Shown here: positions 8,167 to 18,391 of the stretch, piece after piece
Layout: every line of letters starts with the position of its first letter
How positions within the stretch are numbered: position 1 is the stretch's first letter
Assembly: GCA_041661765.1 (NCBI GenBank)
Contig: JBAZTV010000003.1
Location: 1,064-65,063, forward strand
DNA from: Candidatus Shapirobacteria bacterium
Lineage (GTDB): Bacteria > Patescibacteriota > Microgenomatia > UBA12405
Direction: 5' to 3'
DNA: 64,000 nt
The notes under the pieces: generated by a model
Told to the model about the DNA's origin: nothing
Seen by the model: only the letters and a program-made list of their open reading frames with translations
Databases searched by the model: none
Made by a program: the position numbers and the translations under genes

Positions 8167-9378
8167 TTACATACTCGATGTCAAATTATAGATTGGCATC
8201 AAAACCGCCACCACTAAAAAAGCCACACCTATCCCCAACAAAATCATAATTATCGGCTCAATTGCTGAAGTCAATGATTTAACCGATTGTTCCGCCTCAG
8301 CCGAAAAATAATCTGATACTTTTAAAAGTACACTATCTAATTTTCCCGTTGCTTCGCCTGTCGCCACCATCTGGTTTACAATTACCGGAAAAACTCCTGT
8401 TTCTTCAAAAGAATTCGCAATCGAAAAACCTTTTTGAACTCTTTCAGATATTTTTAAATACGCCCCTCTAAAAAGTTCATTTGCCGACACACTTGAAACA
8501 ATTCTTAAAGCATCAACTAAAGAAATTCCTGCCGATAAAAGCATTGACAAAGTCCTAATAGTATCTGCCAAAACAGTTTTTTGGCTTAAGGGTCCGATAA
8601 TTGGAATTTTTAATTTATAAATATCCACCTTTAATCTAAACTTAGCATTTCTATCTCCAATCTTAAAAAGTACAAAAAAACCAAAAATTAAAAATGGAAT
8701 TAAAAACCAAAATTTAACTATAAAATCAGATGTTGCCATTAAGGCTTGGGTTGATGCTGGCATTTTTGCATCAAAATCCTCATACAAAGACATCATTTTT
8801 GGAATCACAAAAATCATCATTATAATAACCACAATAATCATACCTACAACCACAATTGCCGGATAAATCATTGCTCCTTTAACCTTACCGGAAAATTCAT
8901 TTTGTTTTTCCAAATTATCAGCTAATTTAACCAATACTTCCTCCAAAACCCCACCTTCTTCACCAGCTTCAATCGAAGCAATATATGCCTCACCAAAATT
9001 TTTTTTATACCTTCCTAAACCATCTGCCAAAGTATGCCCTCCTTGAACCGTTGCCAAAGTATATTCCAAAATTTCAAACATCAAGCTTTTTTTATCAGAT
9101 TGACTTTTCAAAAGCGATAAAGCATCGGTTAAAACTAGACCAGAAGTCATCATTGTTGATAACTGTCTAGTAAAATTAGTAATTTGTTTCAAATTAATTT
9201 TTGAAAAAATCTTTTTATACATCTCATTTATAATCGAAGTACTTTCAACAACTACCGACAATGGTACTAACCCTCCACCTTTTATTGATTCCACAGCTGA
9301 ATTCTTGTCTTGCGATTCCAAAAACCCCTTAATTGTTTTTCCATTCCAATCTTTAGCTTTATAAAAAAATTTCGTCAT
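8167..9378 (-). CDS. pilC: Type IV pilus platform protein (GspF/PilC)
   Basis: FTRQLSTM, AGEEGG.L, AMIYP, GEATGKLD, AIEP. Confidence 0.95.
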   Translation of the reverse strand: MTKFFYKAKDWNGKTIKGFLESQDKNSAVESIKGGGLVPLSVVVESTSIINEMYKKIFSKINLKQITNFTRQLSTMMTSGLVLTDALSLLKSQSDKKSLMFEILEYTLATVQGGHTLADGLGRYKKNFGEAYIASIEAGEEGGVLEEVLVKLADNLEKQNEFSGKVKGAMIYPAIVVVGMIIVVIIMMIFVIPKMMSLYEDFDAKMPASTQALMATSDFIVKFWFLIPFLIFGFFVLFKIGDRNAKFRLKVDIYKLKIPIIGPLSQKTVLADTIRTLSMLLSAGISLVDALRIVSSVSANELFRGAYLKISERVQKGFSIANSFEETGVFPVIVNQMVATGEATGKLDSVLLKVSDYFSAEAEQSVKSLTSAIEPIIMILLGIGVAFLVVAVLMPIYNLTSSM

Positions 9379-10442
9379 ATTTTTTGACGTCCTAATTTAC
9401 CCTGTAGTTCAATTGCATTATTTGCATAAGTCATGGCCACTTCTTCCGAAACTTTTCCTTCCAAGACCAATTTAGCCATATATGCATCAAAACTTATCAT
9501 CCCAATATCAGCACCAGTCTGAATAATATTATCAATCATAAAAGATTTTCCTTCCCTTATTACATTTCGAACCGCCGGTGTGGCAATTAAAATTTCAAAA
9601 ACAGGAATTCTACCACCAGCAATTGCTGGCACTAATCTTTGAGAAACAATTGCTGTAATTACTGTTGCCAACTGAACTCTGATCTGATCCTTTGATCCAA
9701 TTGGAAAAACATCCACAATCCTATCAATTGTCTGTGCCGCTGAATTTGTATGTAAAACCGAAAAAACTAAATGTCCTGTTTCAGCAATCGTTAAAGCCGA
9801 AGACGTCGATTCTAAATCCCTCATTTCACCTAAAAACACCACATTTGGATCCTGCCTTAAACAAGACCTTAATGCTAAACCAAAACTATTTGTGTCTCCC
9901 CCCATTTCTCTTTGTGAAATTATCGCTTTTTCTGGCTTAATTAAATACTCAACCGGATCCTCAATCGTCACAATATGCCCACCCTTAGTCCTATTAATTT
10001 CCTCCAGTATTGCCGCCACTGTCGTTGATTTACCATGTCCAGTTGGACCAGTAACTAATATAAAACCTTGTTTATATTTAATAAAATCTCTTAAAATACT
10101 TGGAATACTTAATTCCTCAAAATCAGGTATTTTTGAAGAAATTAACCTCAAAGCACAAGCAGGGTCACCTTTTTGTAAATAAACATTCGCCCTAAAACGA
10201 ACCCCAACTGCCTCAAATGAAAAATCCAATTCTTTTTCTTTTTTAAAAATTTCTAATTGTTCCTCATTTAAAAGCGATAAAACCATTTCCATTATTTCTT
10301 TATTCGTTGTTTTTTCAAAACCAAACACATTTAAAAGCTCTCCATCAACCCTAATTTTTGGAGATACGTCTGAAATTAAATGAACATCCGAAGCCTTATA
10401 ATCAACTGCATATTTTAAAATTTCCTCCATTTTTATGTTCAT
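9375..10442 (-). CDS. pilT: Type IV pilus retraction ATPase
   Basis: ASDVHL, GPTGHGKSTT, TIEDPVE, LRQDPNV..GEMRD, AVRNVIRE. Confidence 0.93.
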   Translation of the reverse strand: MNIKMEEILKYAVDYKASDVHLISDVSPKIRVDGELLNVFGFEKTTNKEIMEMVLSLLNEEQLEIFKKEKELDFSFEAVGVRFRANVYLQKGDPACALRLISSKIPDFEELSIPSILRDFIKYKQGFILVTGPTGHGKSTTVAAILEEINRTKGGHIVTIEDPVEYLIKPEKAIISQREMGGDTNSFGLALRSCLRQDPNVVFLGEMRDLESTSSALTIAETGHLVFSVLHTNSAAQTIDRIVDVFPIGSKDQIRVQLATVITAIVSQRLVPAIAGGRIPVFEILIATPAVRNVIREGKSFMIDNIIQTGADIGMISFDAYMAKLVLEGKVSEEVAMTYANNAIELQGKLGRQKI

Positions 10443-10460
10443 ACTTTTGTTTTTAATTTT

Positions 10461-12200
10461 TTAATATTGAGCAACTCTAATAACTTCATCCATACTTGTC
10501 ACTCCTTCTAAAACCTTTACATATCCATCTTCTTTCATTGATAACATTCCTTCTTCCATCGCCAATCTCTGGATATCTGAAGCCGACGCTTTACCAACTA
10601 TTAACTTACTTATTTTTTCACTAATCGGCATCACCTCATAAATAGCAATTCTTCCTAAATATCCAGTATTATTACATTTTTCACAACCAACAATTTTAGG
10701 CAACATCATTTTCTTTCCTTCTTTTTTAAATTTATCCTCAATCATATTATAAATAGGACCCAAAGTTTTTTTAAGTTCTTCTAATTTATCTGGCGGTATT
10801 TCCATTTCACTTACACAAGTTTTACAAACTTTTCTTAAAACTCTTTGCCCCACCACACAATTCAAAGACGATACTAATAAAAACGGCTCCGCTCCCATAT
10901 CTAAAAGTCTTGGAGGCACACCTGAAGCGTCATTAGTATGTAGTGTTGAAAAAACTAAATGACCAGTCAAGGCAGCATTAATAGCCAAATCTGCCGTTTC
11001 TGAATCACGAATTTCTCCCACCATAATTATGTTAGGATCTTGACGTAAAAATGATCTCAACGCCGAAGCAAAAGTCAAACCAGCCTGGACATTCACCTGA
11101 ACCTGATTTACACCTTTCATTTGATATTCCACTGGATCCTCAACTGTCACCACATTAACCTTCGATGTTGCCACAATATCTAAAATCGAATATAAAGTTG
11201 TTGTTTTACCAGATCCAGTTGGACCACAAATAATAATAATTCCATGAGGTCTCTGAATCGCATTCATTAAATTTTTTAAAGCCAATCCTCTCAGCCCCAA
11301 ATCTTGCAATGTTGGCACTTTTTGAGATTTTTTAAGTAAACGCATAACCACTTTTTCACCGTAAGTTGTCGGTAAGGTTGATATACGTAAATCAACATCA
11401 TTACCATCAGTCGTAAAGAAAAATCTTCCGTCTTGAGGTATTCTTTTTTCATCAATTTTTAAACCAGACAAAATTTTAATTCTTGATATTACCGCGTCAT
11501 GAACGTTTCTTGGTAATAAATATTTTTCCTGCAAAATTCCGTCAATTCTATACCTAATCCTAACACTATCTTCCTGTGGTTCAATATGAACATCAGAAGC
11601 TCTTGATTTAACAGCGTATTCCAAAATTGTTGTTACTATTTTCGATACTGGTGCTTCTACTGTCACTTTTTCTTCAGCTAATTTCATTATTTTTTCTTCA
11701 TCTTTTCTTTCATCCAAAGCCCTTGTCACCTCTGAAGTAATATTTTTCTCCCTGATATATTTTTCTTTAACGAAAGAAACAATCTGTTTTTCCAAAGCAA
11801 TTGCAACACCCACTTTTAAACCCGTTTTCTTTTCTAAAAATTCAATAGTCTCCAAATCTAACGGATTAACCATGGCCACTGACAAAATCTTATTCTTTGT
11901 ATCTAGATTATAGGGGACTATTTTATATTTTCGGGCCACACTCTCTGGTACCAAAGTTAAAGCTTCTGGTGAAAATCCAATCGTTTCTAAATCGACAAAT
12001 GGTACTCTTAAAAAATCCGCTTTCGCCTTAATAAAATCTACATCTGAAACAAATCTCAACGCCTTAATTACTTCTTCTTCTGTCTCTCCAGTTTTTAACT
12101 GTCTCAACTTAATTTCCTCTACCTTTTCTTGATTAATTAATCCTTTTTCCAAAAGGACTCCCTTTAAATTCTTATATATTTTTGAGGCAAAATCATTCAT
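10461..12200 (-). CDS. pilB: Type IV pilus assembly ATPase (GspE/PilB)
   Basis: ASDVHIEP, PQDGR, GPTGSGKTTTLY, tetracysteine motif, GYLGRIAIYE. Confidence 0.95.
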   Translation of the reverse strand: MNDFASKIYKNLKGVLLEKGLINQEKVEEIKLRQLKTGETEEEVIKALRFVSDVDFIKAKADFLRVPFVDLETIGFSPEALTLVPESVARKYKIVPYNLDTKNKILSVAMVNPLDLETIEFLEKKTGLKVGVAIALEKQIVSFVKEKYIREKNITSEVTRALDERKDEEKIMKLAEEKVTVEAPVSKIVTTILEYAVKSRASDVHIEPQEDSVRIRYRIDGILQEKYLLPRNVHDAVISRIKILSGLKIDEKRIPQDGRFFFTTDGNDVDLRISTLPTTYGEKVVMRLLKKSQKVPTLQDLGLRGLALKNLMNAIQRPHGIIIICGPTGSGKTTTLYSILDIVATSKVNVVTVEDPVEYQMKGVNQVQVNVQAGLTFASALRSFLRQDPNIIMVGEIRDSETADLAINAALTGHLVFSTLHTNDASGVPPRLLDMGAEPFLLVSSLNCVVGQRVLRKVCKTCVSEMEIPPDKLEELKKTLGPIYNMIEDKFKKEGKKMMLPKIVGCEKCNNTGYLGRIAIYEVMPISEKISKLIVGKASASDIQRLAMEEGMLSMKEDGYVKVLEGVTSMDEVIRVAQY

Positions 12201-12221
12201 AGTATATAATCATAATACGCT

Positions 12222-12860
12222 ATGAATCTCTTTCCATCAACATTAATTATCAGCAAAAAAAATGAAACTATCGACTCGAAAATCGACCAGTTGTGTTCTG
12301 ATTTAGGACATAAAATTAATCAAAACAATCCTGATATTTTATTAATCAATCAGATTTCTGGGTGGGGAATTGACCAAATCAGAAAAATTAATAATTTTCT
12401 TTATCAAAAACCATTTTCTCATCAAAGCAAAATTATCATCATTTTGGAAGCTCAAAATCTAAACACTGAATCTCAAAACGCCTTATTAAAAATTTTAGAG
12501 GAACCGGGCAAAGAAAATTATATAATTCTTGCTACTAACAAAATCAAAAGTATTTTACCCACCATTATTTCCCGCTGCCAGACCATCAAACTAATTTCTT
12601 TTTCTAAAAAAGATATTTCTCAAAAAATAAAAATTACTGGAAATCTTCAAAAAGATTTAACTTTATCTGAAACTCTTGGCAAAAATAAAGAAGATATTTT
12701 ACCCCTACTCGAAAACCAACTTTATTTTTACCAACAAGAATTAATTAAAAATCCAAGTCAAAAAAACGCCTATCCCATTGAAAAAATTATTAAAGCCATT
12801 CAGATGATTAACGCCAACGTAGACCCTCGAAATGCCCTTGATTATGTTTTTATAATTTAA
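12222..12860 (+). CDS. holB: DNA polymerase III delta-prime-like subunit (short)
   Basis: GIDQIR, SQNALLKILEEP, LPTIISRCQ. Confidence 0.75.
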   Translation: MNLFPSTLIISKKNETIDSKIDQLCSDLGHKINQNNPDILLINQISGWGIDQIRKINNFLYQKPFSHQSKIIIILEAQNLNTESQNALLKILEEPGKENYIILATNKIKSILPTIISRCQTIKLISFSKKDISQKIKITGNLQKDLTLSETLGKNKEDILPLLENQLYFYQQELIKNPSQKNAYPIEKIIKAIQMINANVDPRNALDYVFII

Positions 12861-12917
12861 TCAATTTCCGCATTTTCCCCTTATTGATTTTTAAAAAAGT
12901 GTTATAATCTTACTTAG

Positions 12918-14051
12918 ATGTTTTACCCCATCTTTTCAATCAATAATCAAATTCTAAAAAATATTGGTGCCATCGAAGGTGCTAAAGCTATTATTGATGA
13001 AGCCCCATTAATTCCTGCATACGAAAAACAATTTCAACAAGAAGCAATTGTTCGTACTGTCCATTTCGGCACCCGCATCGAAGGAAATGATTTAACTTAT
13101 CAAGAAGTCGCAAAACTAGTTGAAGGTCAAAAAATCACCGCCACCGAACGTGACATTCAAGAAGTTATAAACTATCGCAATGTTGTCTCTTATCTCGAAG
13201 AACTTTGGTCTCTTTACGATGCCAACATGCCACTTCCTGAAGAAAAAACCGTTCCTGCTTTTTCCGACAATAAAAATCGACCATTTTTCTACAGTGAAAC
13301 TATCATTAAAAGAATTCACCAATTAACCACTGCTAAAATTATTCCAGAACTCGATTGTGGTAAATATCGTCATCAACAAGTCGTTTTAAAAAACACTCGC
13401 ACTGGCGAAATTGCCCATCGACCACCTCCAGCCATTGAAGTTCCTTATTTAATCGCCGATTTTATTGATTGGTTTAATGGTCATTCTTCCAGGGAAATCC
13501 ATCCTGCTATTCGTGCCGCTATTTCCCAATACATTTTAGTTGCCATTCATCCTTTCATTGAAGGCAATGGTCGTGTCAGTCGTGCTTTCGCCATGCTGCC
13601 TCTTTATGTTGAAGGTTATGACATTCGCCGTCTTTTTTCTCTTGAAGAATATTTCGATCGCAACGCAGAAATTTATTACAACACTCTTCAAAGCACTCAT
13701 GAACTTTCTTCTGATATTTTCAAAAGAGATCTAACCAATTGGATTAGCTATTTTACAGAGGCTGTTGCCATAGAATTATCCCGTGTTAAGGCAAAAGTTC
13801 AATCTCTTTCCAGAGACATCAAATTAAAACAAAAACTTGGTGGCAAACAAATTCATTTAACCGAGCGACAAATTAAATTAGTTGAATATATGCAACAATT
13901 CGGTGGGCTTCGCATGCCCGATGCCCAACAACTTCTTCCTATGGTTTCCGACGACACCATCTGGCGTGATCTCAAAAAATTAGTCGACAGTGGAGCAGTC
14001 GAAAAACGCGGTTCCACCAAAGGCGCCTACTACTGTCTCGCCAACGCCTAA
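12918..14051 (+). CDS. Fic family protein with C-terminal HTH
   Basis: HPFIEGNGRVSR Fic motif; TRIEGN; SDDTIWRDLKKLV HTH. Confidence 0.92.
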   Translation: MFYPIFSINNQILKNIGAIEGAKAIIDEAPLIPAYEKQFQQEAIVRTVHFGTRIEGNDLTYQEVAKLVEGQKITATERDIQEVINYRNVVSYLEELWSLYDANMPLPEEKTVPAFSDNKNRPFFYSETIIKRIHQLTTAKIIPELDCGKYRHQQVVLKNTRTGEIAHRPPPAIEVPYLIADFIDWFNGHSSREIHPAIRAAISQYILVAIHPFIEGNGRVSRAFAMLPLYVEGYDIRRLFSLEEYFDRNAEIYYNTLQSTHELSSDIFKRDLTNWISYFTEAVAIELSRVKAKVQSLSRDIKLKQKLGGKQIHLTERQIKLVEYMQQFGGLRMPDAQQLLPMVSDDTIWRDLKKLVDSGAVEKRGSTKGAYYCLANA

Positions 14052-14083
14052 ATCCTCTTTGTTTTTTAGTTTATAATAATTCC

Positions 14084-16135
14084 ATGATCAATCTTGATTC
14101 TCCCGAATTAAAAAATATTTCTCCCGAAAAATTGGGTGAACTTCTAATCGAAGCCAAAAAAGCTTACTACACCGACAGCAAGCCCATCATGGATGATCAC
14201 ACCTACGATATTCTCGAAGACATATTGCGAAAAATTAATCCTTATCATCGGATTTTTACTAAAATCGGCAGTTCCCATTTCAATAGCGGTTTTGACAAAA
14301 AAAAGCATTCCATGCCCATGGGCTCCCAAAACAAAGTCAATAAAATCGACGATCTCGTTCACTATTTTGAATTAAAGAAAGTTTTACCCCTCCTTGTCAA
14401 AGGAGGGGATAGGGGTGGATTGGTCGTTCAACCAAAATGTGACGGCATTTCCTTAGAAATTGAATATAAAAATGGTAAATTAGTTGATGCTATCACTCGC
14501 GGCGACGGCGAAATAGGAGATGTTATCACCCAAAATGTTGTCAAAATGAAAAATTTTGTCCAAGAATTCAAGGACAATTTTTCCGGCTCAGTCCGTTGCG
14601 AAATCGTAATGCTCGAAAAAGATTTTCAAAAATTAAATGAAATAATAAAAAACCGCCCTATCTCGGCCACAGGCCGATCCGCCTCTGGCGGAAAGGGAGG
14701 TGTCCCCGCCACAGCGGGGACGGAGGGTTTCTACAGTAACTCTCGCAATGCCGTCTCTGGTATCTCACAGCGCCTTGACGGCAAATTTTCTGAACTCTGT
14801 AGTCTTTATGCTGTCGACATTTATAGCCTCCCTGTCAAGGGAGGTGCCCAAAGGGCGGAGGGTTTCAAAACCGAACAAGAAAAAATTGATTTTCTAAAAC
14901 ATCATGGCTTCACTACTGTTGAAGATCTTCATTGTCAAAATTTTGACCAAATCGAAAAAATCTACCAAGAATTTTTAATTAAAAAAAGAAAAAATTATCC
15001 TTTTGAAATCGACGGTCTCGTCATTAAAATTAACGATACTGAAATACAACATCGTCTAGGTTCTAAAAATAATCGTCCCAAAGGTCAAGTGGCCTACAAA
15101 TTTCCATCTCGCTCCAGTCAAACGAGAATTATTAATATCAATTGGCAAGTTGGTCCAATGGGAACAATTACTCCTGTCGCCGAAGTCGATCCCATCGAAA
15201 TTTCCGGCGCCATCATTACCTTTGCCTCGCTGGCCAATTACGATTTAATCAAAGAAAAAAATATTAATATTAATGACATCGTTGAAATTCAAAGAAGAGG
15301 AGATGTTATCCCTCACATTGAAAACGTCATTACCAAAATTAATCCCGGCCACATCGTCGCTCCCACAGTTTGTCCTTCTTGTGGCACCAAATTAATCATC
15401 GATAATAAATTTTTGCGCTGTCCTAATATTAAAAATTGTCCTACTCAAATTCTCGGTTCTCTTAAATTATTTTGTAGCACTTTAGAAATTAAAGGTATCT
15501 CCGAAAAAACCATCGACAAACTTTATAAAGAAAAATTAATTCGCCTTCCGGGTGATTTTTATGACCTAAAAGTTTCCTATTTTGAAAAACTTTTTGGCCT
15601 TGGCCACAAATCGGGGACCAATATCATTAAAGAAATCCAAAATAAAAGAAAACTATCATTAAAACAAATTTTTGACGCCGCAATTATTCCCAACTTTAGT
15701 TCTCAACGAATTGTTCAACTGATTAATGCTGGTTTCGATACTCCTGAAAAAATTTTAAATATCACCATCGATCAGCTCGAAGCACTTCCCGGAATTCAAA
15801 TTACTTTGGCTAAAAAAATCTATCAAGGCATCCAAGACCGCCGCGATTTTATTATATCCATTCTTGCTCATGTAGAGACGCCCCGCCGGGACGTCTCTAC
15901 ATCAAACAAACTAAACAACCTATCTTTTGCCATCACCGGCGCTCTTAATAAACCCAGAAAAGAAATTGAAGATCAAATCATTTCTCTCGGTGGTCAATTA
16001 GTTTCCTCTATTTCTAAAAATACTAACTATTTGATTACTAACGAAACCGAATCCAATTCCAGTAAATTTTTAAACGCTAAAAAATTTGGAACCAAAATAA
16101 TTTCTGAATCTGATTTTGAATTATTAGCAGTCTAG
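14084..16135 (+). CDS. ligA: NAD-dependent DNA ligase
   Basis: KCDG, TRGDG, IDGLVIK, AYKFP, Zn finger, BRCT. Confidence 0.97.
   Translation: MINLDSPELKNISPEKLGELLIEAKKAYYTDSKPIMDDHTYDILEDILRKINPYHRIFTKIGSSHFNSGFDKKKHSMPMGSQNKVNKIDDLVHYFELKKVLPLLVKGGDRGGLVVQPKCDGISLEIEYKNGKLVDAITRGDGEIGDVITQNVVKMKNFVQEFKDNFSGSVRCEIVMLEKDFQKLNEIIKNRPISATGRSASGGKGGVPATAGTEGFYSNSRNAVSGISQRLDGKFSELCSLYAVDIYSLPVKGGAQRAEGFKTEQEKIDFLKHHGFTTVEDLHCQNFDQIEKIYQEFLIKKRKNYPFEIDGLVIKINDTEIQHRLGSKNNRPKGQVAYKFPSRSSQTRIININWQVGPMGTITPVAEVDPIEISGAIITFASLANYDLIKEKNININDIVEIQRRGDVIPHIENVITKINPGHIVAPTVCPSCGTKLIIDNKFLRCPNIKNCPTQILGSLKLFCSTLEIKGISEKTIDKLYKEKLIRLPGDFYDLKVSYFEKLFGLGHKSGTNIIKEIQNKRKLSLKQIFDAAIIPNFSSQRIVQLINAGFDTPEKILNITIDQLEALPGIQITLAKKIYQGIQDRRDFIISILAHVETPRRDVSTSNKLNNLSFAITGALNKPRKEIEDQIISLGGQLVSSISKNTNYLITNETESNSSKFLNAKKFGTKIISESDFELLAV
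14387..14421 (+). repeat. G-tailed palindromic element in frame in ligA
   Basis: CCCCTCCTT-GTCA-AAGGAGGGG-ATAGGGGTGGATT; encodes PLLVKGGDRGGL. Confidence 0.85.
14653..14730 (+). repeat. Nested G-tailed palindromic element in frame in ligA
   Basis: Base element with internal double hairpin TCGGCCACAGGCCGA-TCCGCCTCTGGCGGA. Confidence 0.85.
14826..14865 (+). repeat. G-tailed palindromic element in frame in ligA
   Basis: GCCTCCCTGTCAAGGGAGGTGCCCAAAGGGCGGAGGGTTT, 2 differences from 51210-51249. Confidence 0.9.
15871..15901. repeat. GTAG-type REP palindrome in frame in ligA
   Basis: TGTAGAGACG-CCCCGCCGGGA-CGTCTCTACA; encodes VETPRRDVST. Confidence 0.9.
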
Positions 16136-16150
16136 TGAATCGACTGCTAA
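16124..16150 (+). terminator. Hairpin spanning ligA stop (possible terminator)
   Basis: TTAGCAGTC/GACTGCTAA inverted repeat; no immediate U-tract. Confidence 0.4.
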
Positions 16151-16264
16151 TATAAGCCTGGTTTTTACTTTTTCCTATCTTTAGGTATAAATAAGTATCA
16201 ATATATATCTAAATACTATATATATACTATTATATATATCAATTTATCAATGCTAAAATAGACT

Positions 16265-16798
16265 ATGAAACTAATCGTCGGTCTCGGTAACCCAGATAAA
16301 AAATATCAAAACACTCGCCATAATTTAGGCCAAAAAATTATTATTGATTTTGTACGGGCGTGGCGTGACACGCCCTTTATAACCAAATCAAACCTCTCCG
16401 CTCAAATTTACGAAATCGGACAGGGGACTAATAAAACAATTTTTGCCATCCCCACTGAATACATGAACAATTCAGGAATCACCGTCCAAAAAATCTCTCA
16501 ATTTTATAAAATTTCTCCCTTAAATATTTATGTCATCCATGATGATCTTGATTTAGAGGTAGGAGATTATAAAGTTCAATTTGATCGTGGTCCAGCCGGC
16601 CACAATGGCATTAAGTCTATTATTGAAAACTTAGGTACCCAACAGTTTAATCGCATTAGAATCGGTATCGGCAAGTCTCAAAATAATATTCCCGTTGAAG
16701 ACTATGTCCTCCAGCCATTTTCCTCTGAAGAAAAAGATACAATCAATACTCTAACTCCTGAAATATTTGAAGAAATTAAAAATATTTTGGGCTCATAG
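16265..16798 (+). CDS. pth: Peptidyl-tRNA hydrolase
   Basis: LIVGLGNP, TRHN, YMNNSG, HDDLD, GHNGIKS, RIRIGIG. Confidence 0.97.
   Translation: MKLIVGLGNPDKKYQNTRHNLGQKIIIDFVRAWRDTPFITKSNLSAQIYEIGQGTNKTIFAIPTEYMNNSGITVQKISQFYKISPLNIYVIHDDLDLEVGDYKVQFDRGPAGHNGIKSIIENLGTQQFNRIRIGIGKSQNNIPVEDYVLQPFSSEEKDTINTLTPEIFEEIKNILGS
16352..16376. repeat. REP-like palindrome in frame in pth
   Basis: GTACGGGCGTG-GCGTGA-CACGCCC; encodes VRAWRDTP. Confidence 0.65.
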
Positions 16799-16859
16799 TT
16801 AAACGGTATAACGCGTCATTCGCATTGACGTATTCTGGGTTCAATTCCCAGTGGGTCCA
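16789..16859 (+). tRNA. tRNA-Ala(CGC)
   Basis: Cloverleaf; anticodon arm CGTCA-TTCGCAT-TGACG; G3:U70; GGTTCAATT T-loop; no encoded CCA. Confidence 0.93.
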
Positions 16860-16861
16860 CT

Positions 16862-18391
16862 ATGGTAAAAATCGTTTTAAAATCAGTCGTTAAATCAGTC
16901 GGCCACGGGATTAAAAATGACCCCGAAATTAAACGCATCTACAACAAATATCCAAAAACTTTTAGATTTATCAAAAACAGACTTACCATTAATGAAAAAT
17001 ATGGTCTCTATTTAACCATTGGTAGCCTGATTACTTTATTTTTCATTTACTTATTCTTTAAAGTTATTCAAAGCTATATCGGACAAGAAGCTTTAATTCG
17101 CGCCGACCTAAGAATCATAAATCTCATCAGTCATTTTCGTACCCCTGAGCTAAACCAATTCATGCTTTTTATCACTTATCTAGCTCAAGGAGAAATCATT
17201 GCCATTGCTGTTATTTTTTCCCTAATAATTTTATTCTTACTTCGCAAATGGTCTTATCTTCGCAGTCTTTTAGTTTTTGTGGTCGGAGGAGAATTGTTTG
17301 TCTGGGTTATTAAAAACATTGTCGACCGCCAACGACCACCATTATCCGAAGCCTTAGTTACTGAAACCAGTTATAGTTTCCCTAGCGGTCACAGTTTCAT
17401 TGCCATCGCTTTTTACGGTCTTATTGTTTTTTTTCTTTTCGACAGTCTCAAAAAAAAATATCTCAAAATCATTAGTCTAATCTTAGGAATTATTTTAGTA
17501 ATTTTAATCGGCACTTCCAGAATTTATCTTGGCGCTCACTGGCCATCAGATGTCCTGGCCAGCTATGCCTCGAGTCTGGCTTGGCTTTCCATTATTATTA
17601 CCATCACTCATATCAAGAAAAAATTTCATCCCAAAATTATCCAATCACCCCGTTTATCATCTAAAACCATTTCTAAAATTAGTATCCTACTAATAATAAT
17701 CTTTTCTTTTATTGTTTATCTCTTTTATCAAAACCATCCACTTAAAAATATAACCGTCGCTCCAATTTCTAAAACAATTATCGAAACCAACGAAATTGAC
17801 ACTAAATTATTTACAACCTTACCTAAAATCAGTGAAACCATCACTGCCGCTCCGGCCGAACCGATAAATATTATTATCGTTACTAATAAAAAAGTTTTAA
17901 ATAAAGCCTTCATTAATTCCGGCTGGTTTTTATTAGATCAGATTAATCCCAAAACTAGTCTAAAAATTATTAGTTCTATTATCAAAAAACAATCTTACCC
18001 TCAAACACCTGGCCTTCCAGTTTTTTGGGACACTCGTTCCAATGATATTGGTTTTGGTAAACCTACCTCAGAAAATTTAGCCAATTCTCGCCAACACATT
18101 CATTTTTGGGAAACCAATTTCATCACCTCCGATAATCAGTTGATTTGGGTCGGTACTGCTCATTTTGATGAAGAGATAAAAACTATCGGTAAACTAATTT
18201 TACCCATTCACACTACTGACAAAATGGTCGACAAAGAACGAGAAGAGATTAAAAATAATTTAGAACAAAATGGTTTCTTAAAATCATTCGAAAAAATTAA
18301 TCTCACCGGTCTAGCTTATGGATCCAAAAAAAGTGGAAATAATTTTCTTACCGACGGCCAAGCTTATATTTTATACCTCAAAGACAAATGA
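16862..18391 (+). CDS. PAP2 phosphatase with LssY-like C-terminal domain
   Basis: K..VDRQRP, SFPSGHS, SRIYLGAHWPSDV; EPINII, RQHIHFW. Confidence 0.85.
   Translation: MVKIVLKSVVKSVGHGIKNDPEIKRIYNKYPKTFRFIKNRLTINEKYGLYLTIGSLITLFFIYLFFKVIQSYIGQEALIRADLRIINLISHFRTPELNQFMLFITYLAQGEIIAIAVIFSLIILFLLRKWSYLRSLLVFVVGGELFVWVIKNIVDRQRPPLSEALVTETSYSFPSGHSFIAIAFYGLIVFFLFDSLKKKYLKIISLILGIILVILIGTSRIYLGAHWPSDVLASYASSLAWLSIIITITHIKKKFHPKIIQSPRLSSKTISKISILLIIIFSFIVYLFYQNHPLKNITVAPISKTIIETNEIDTKLFTTLPKISETITAAPAEPINIIIVTNKKVLNKAFINSGWFLLDQINPKTSLKIISSIIKKQSYPQTPGLPVFWDTRSNDIGFGKPTSENLANSRQHIHFWETNFITSDNQLIWVGTAHFDEEIKTIGKLILPIHTTDKMVDKEREEIKNNLEQNGFLKSFEKINLTGLAYGSKKSGNNFLTDGQAYILYLKDK

Noticed and set aside
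16195-16240. TA-dinucleotide-rich tract as a functional repeat
   Set aside because: Low complexity in an AT-rich genome; no supporting structure
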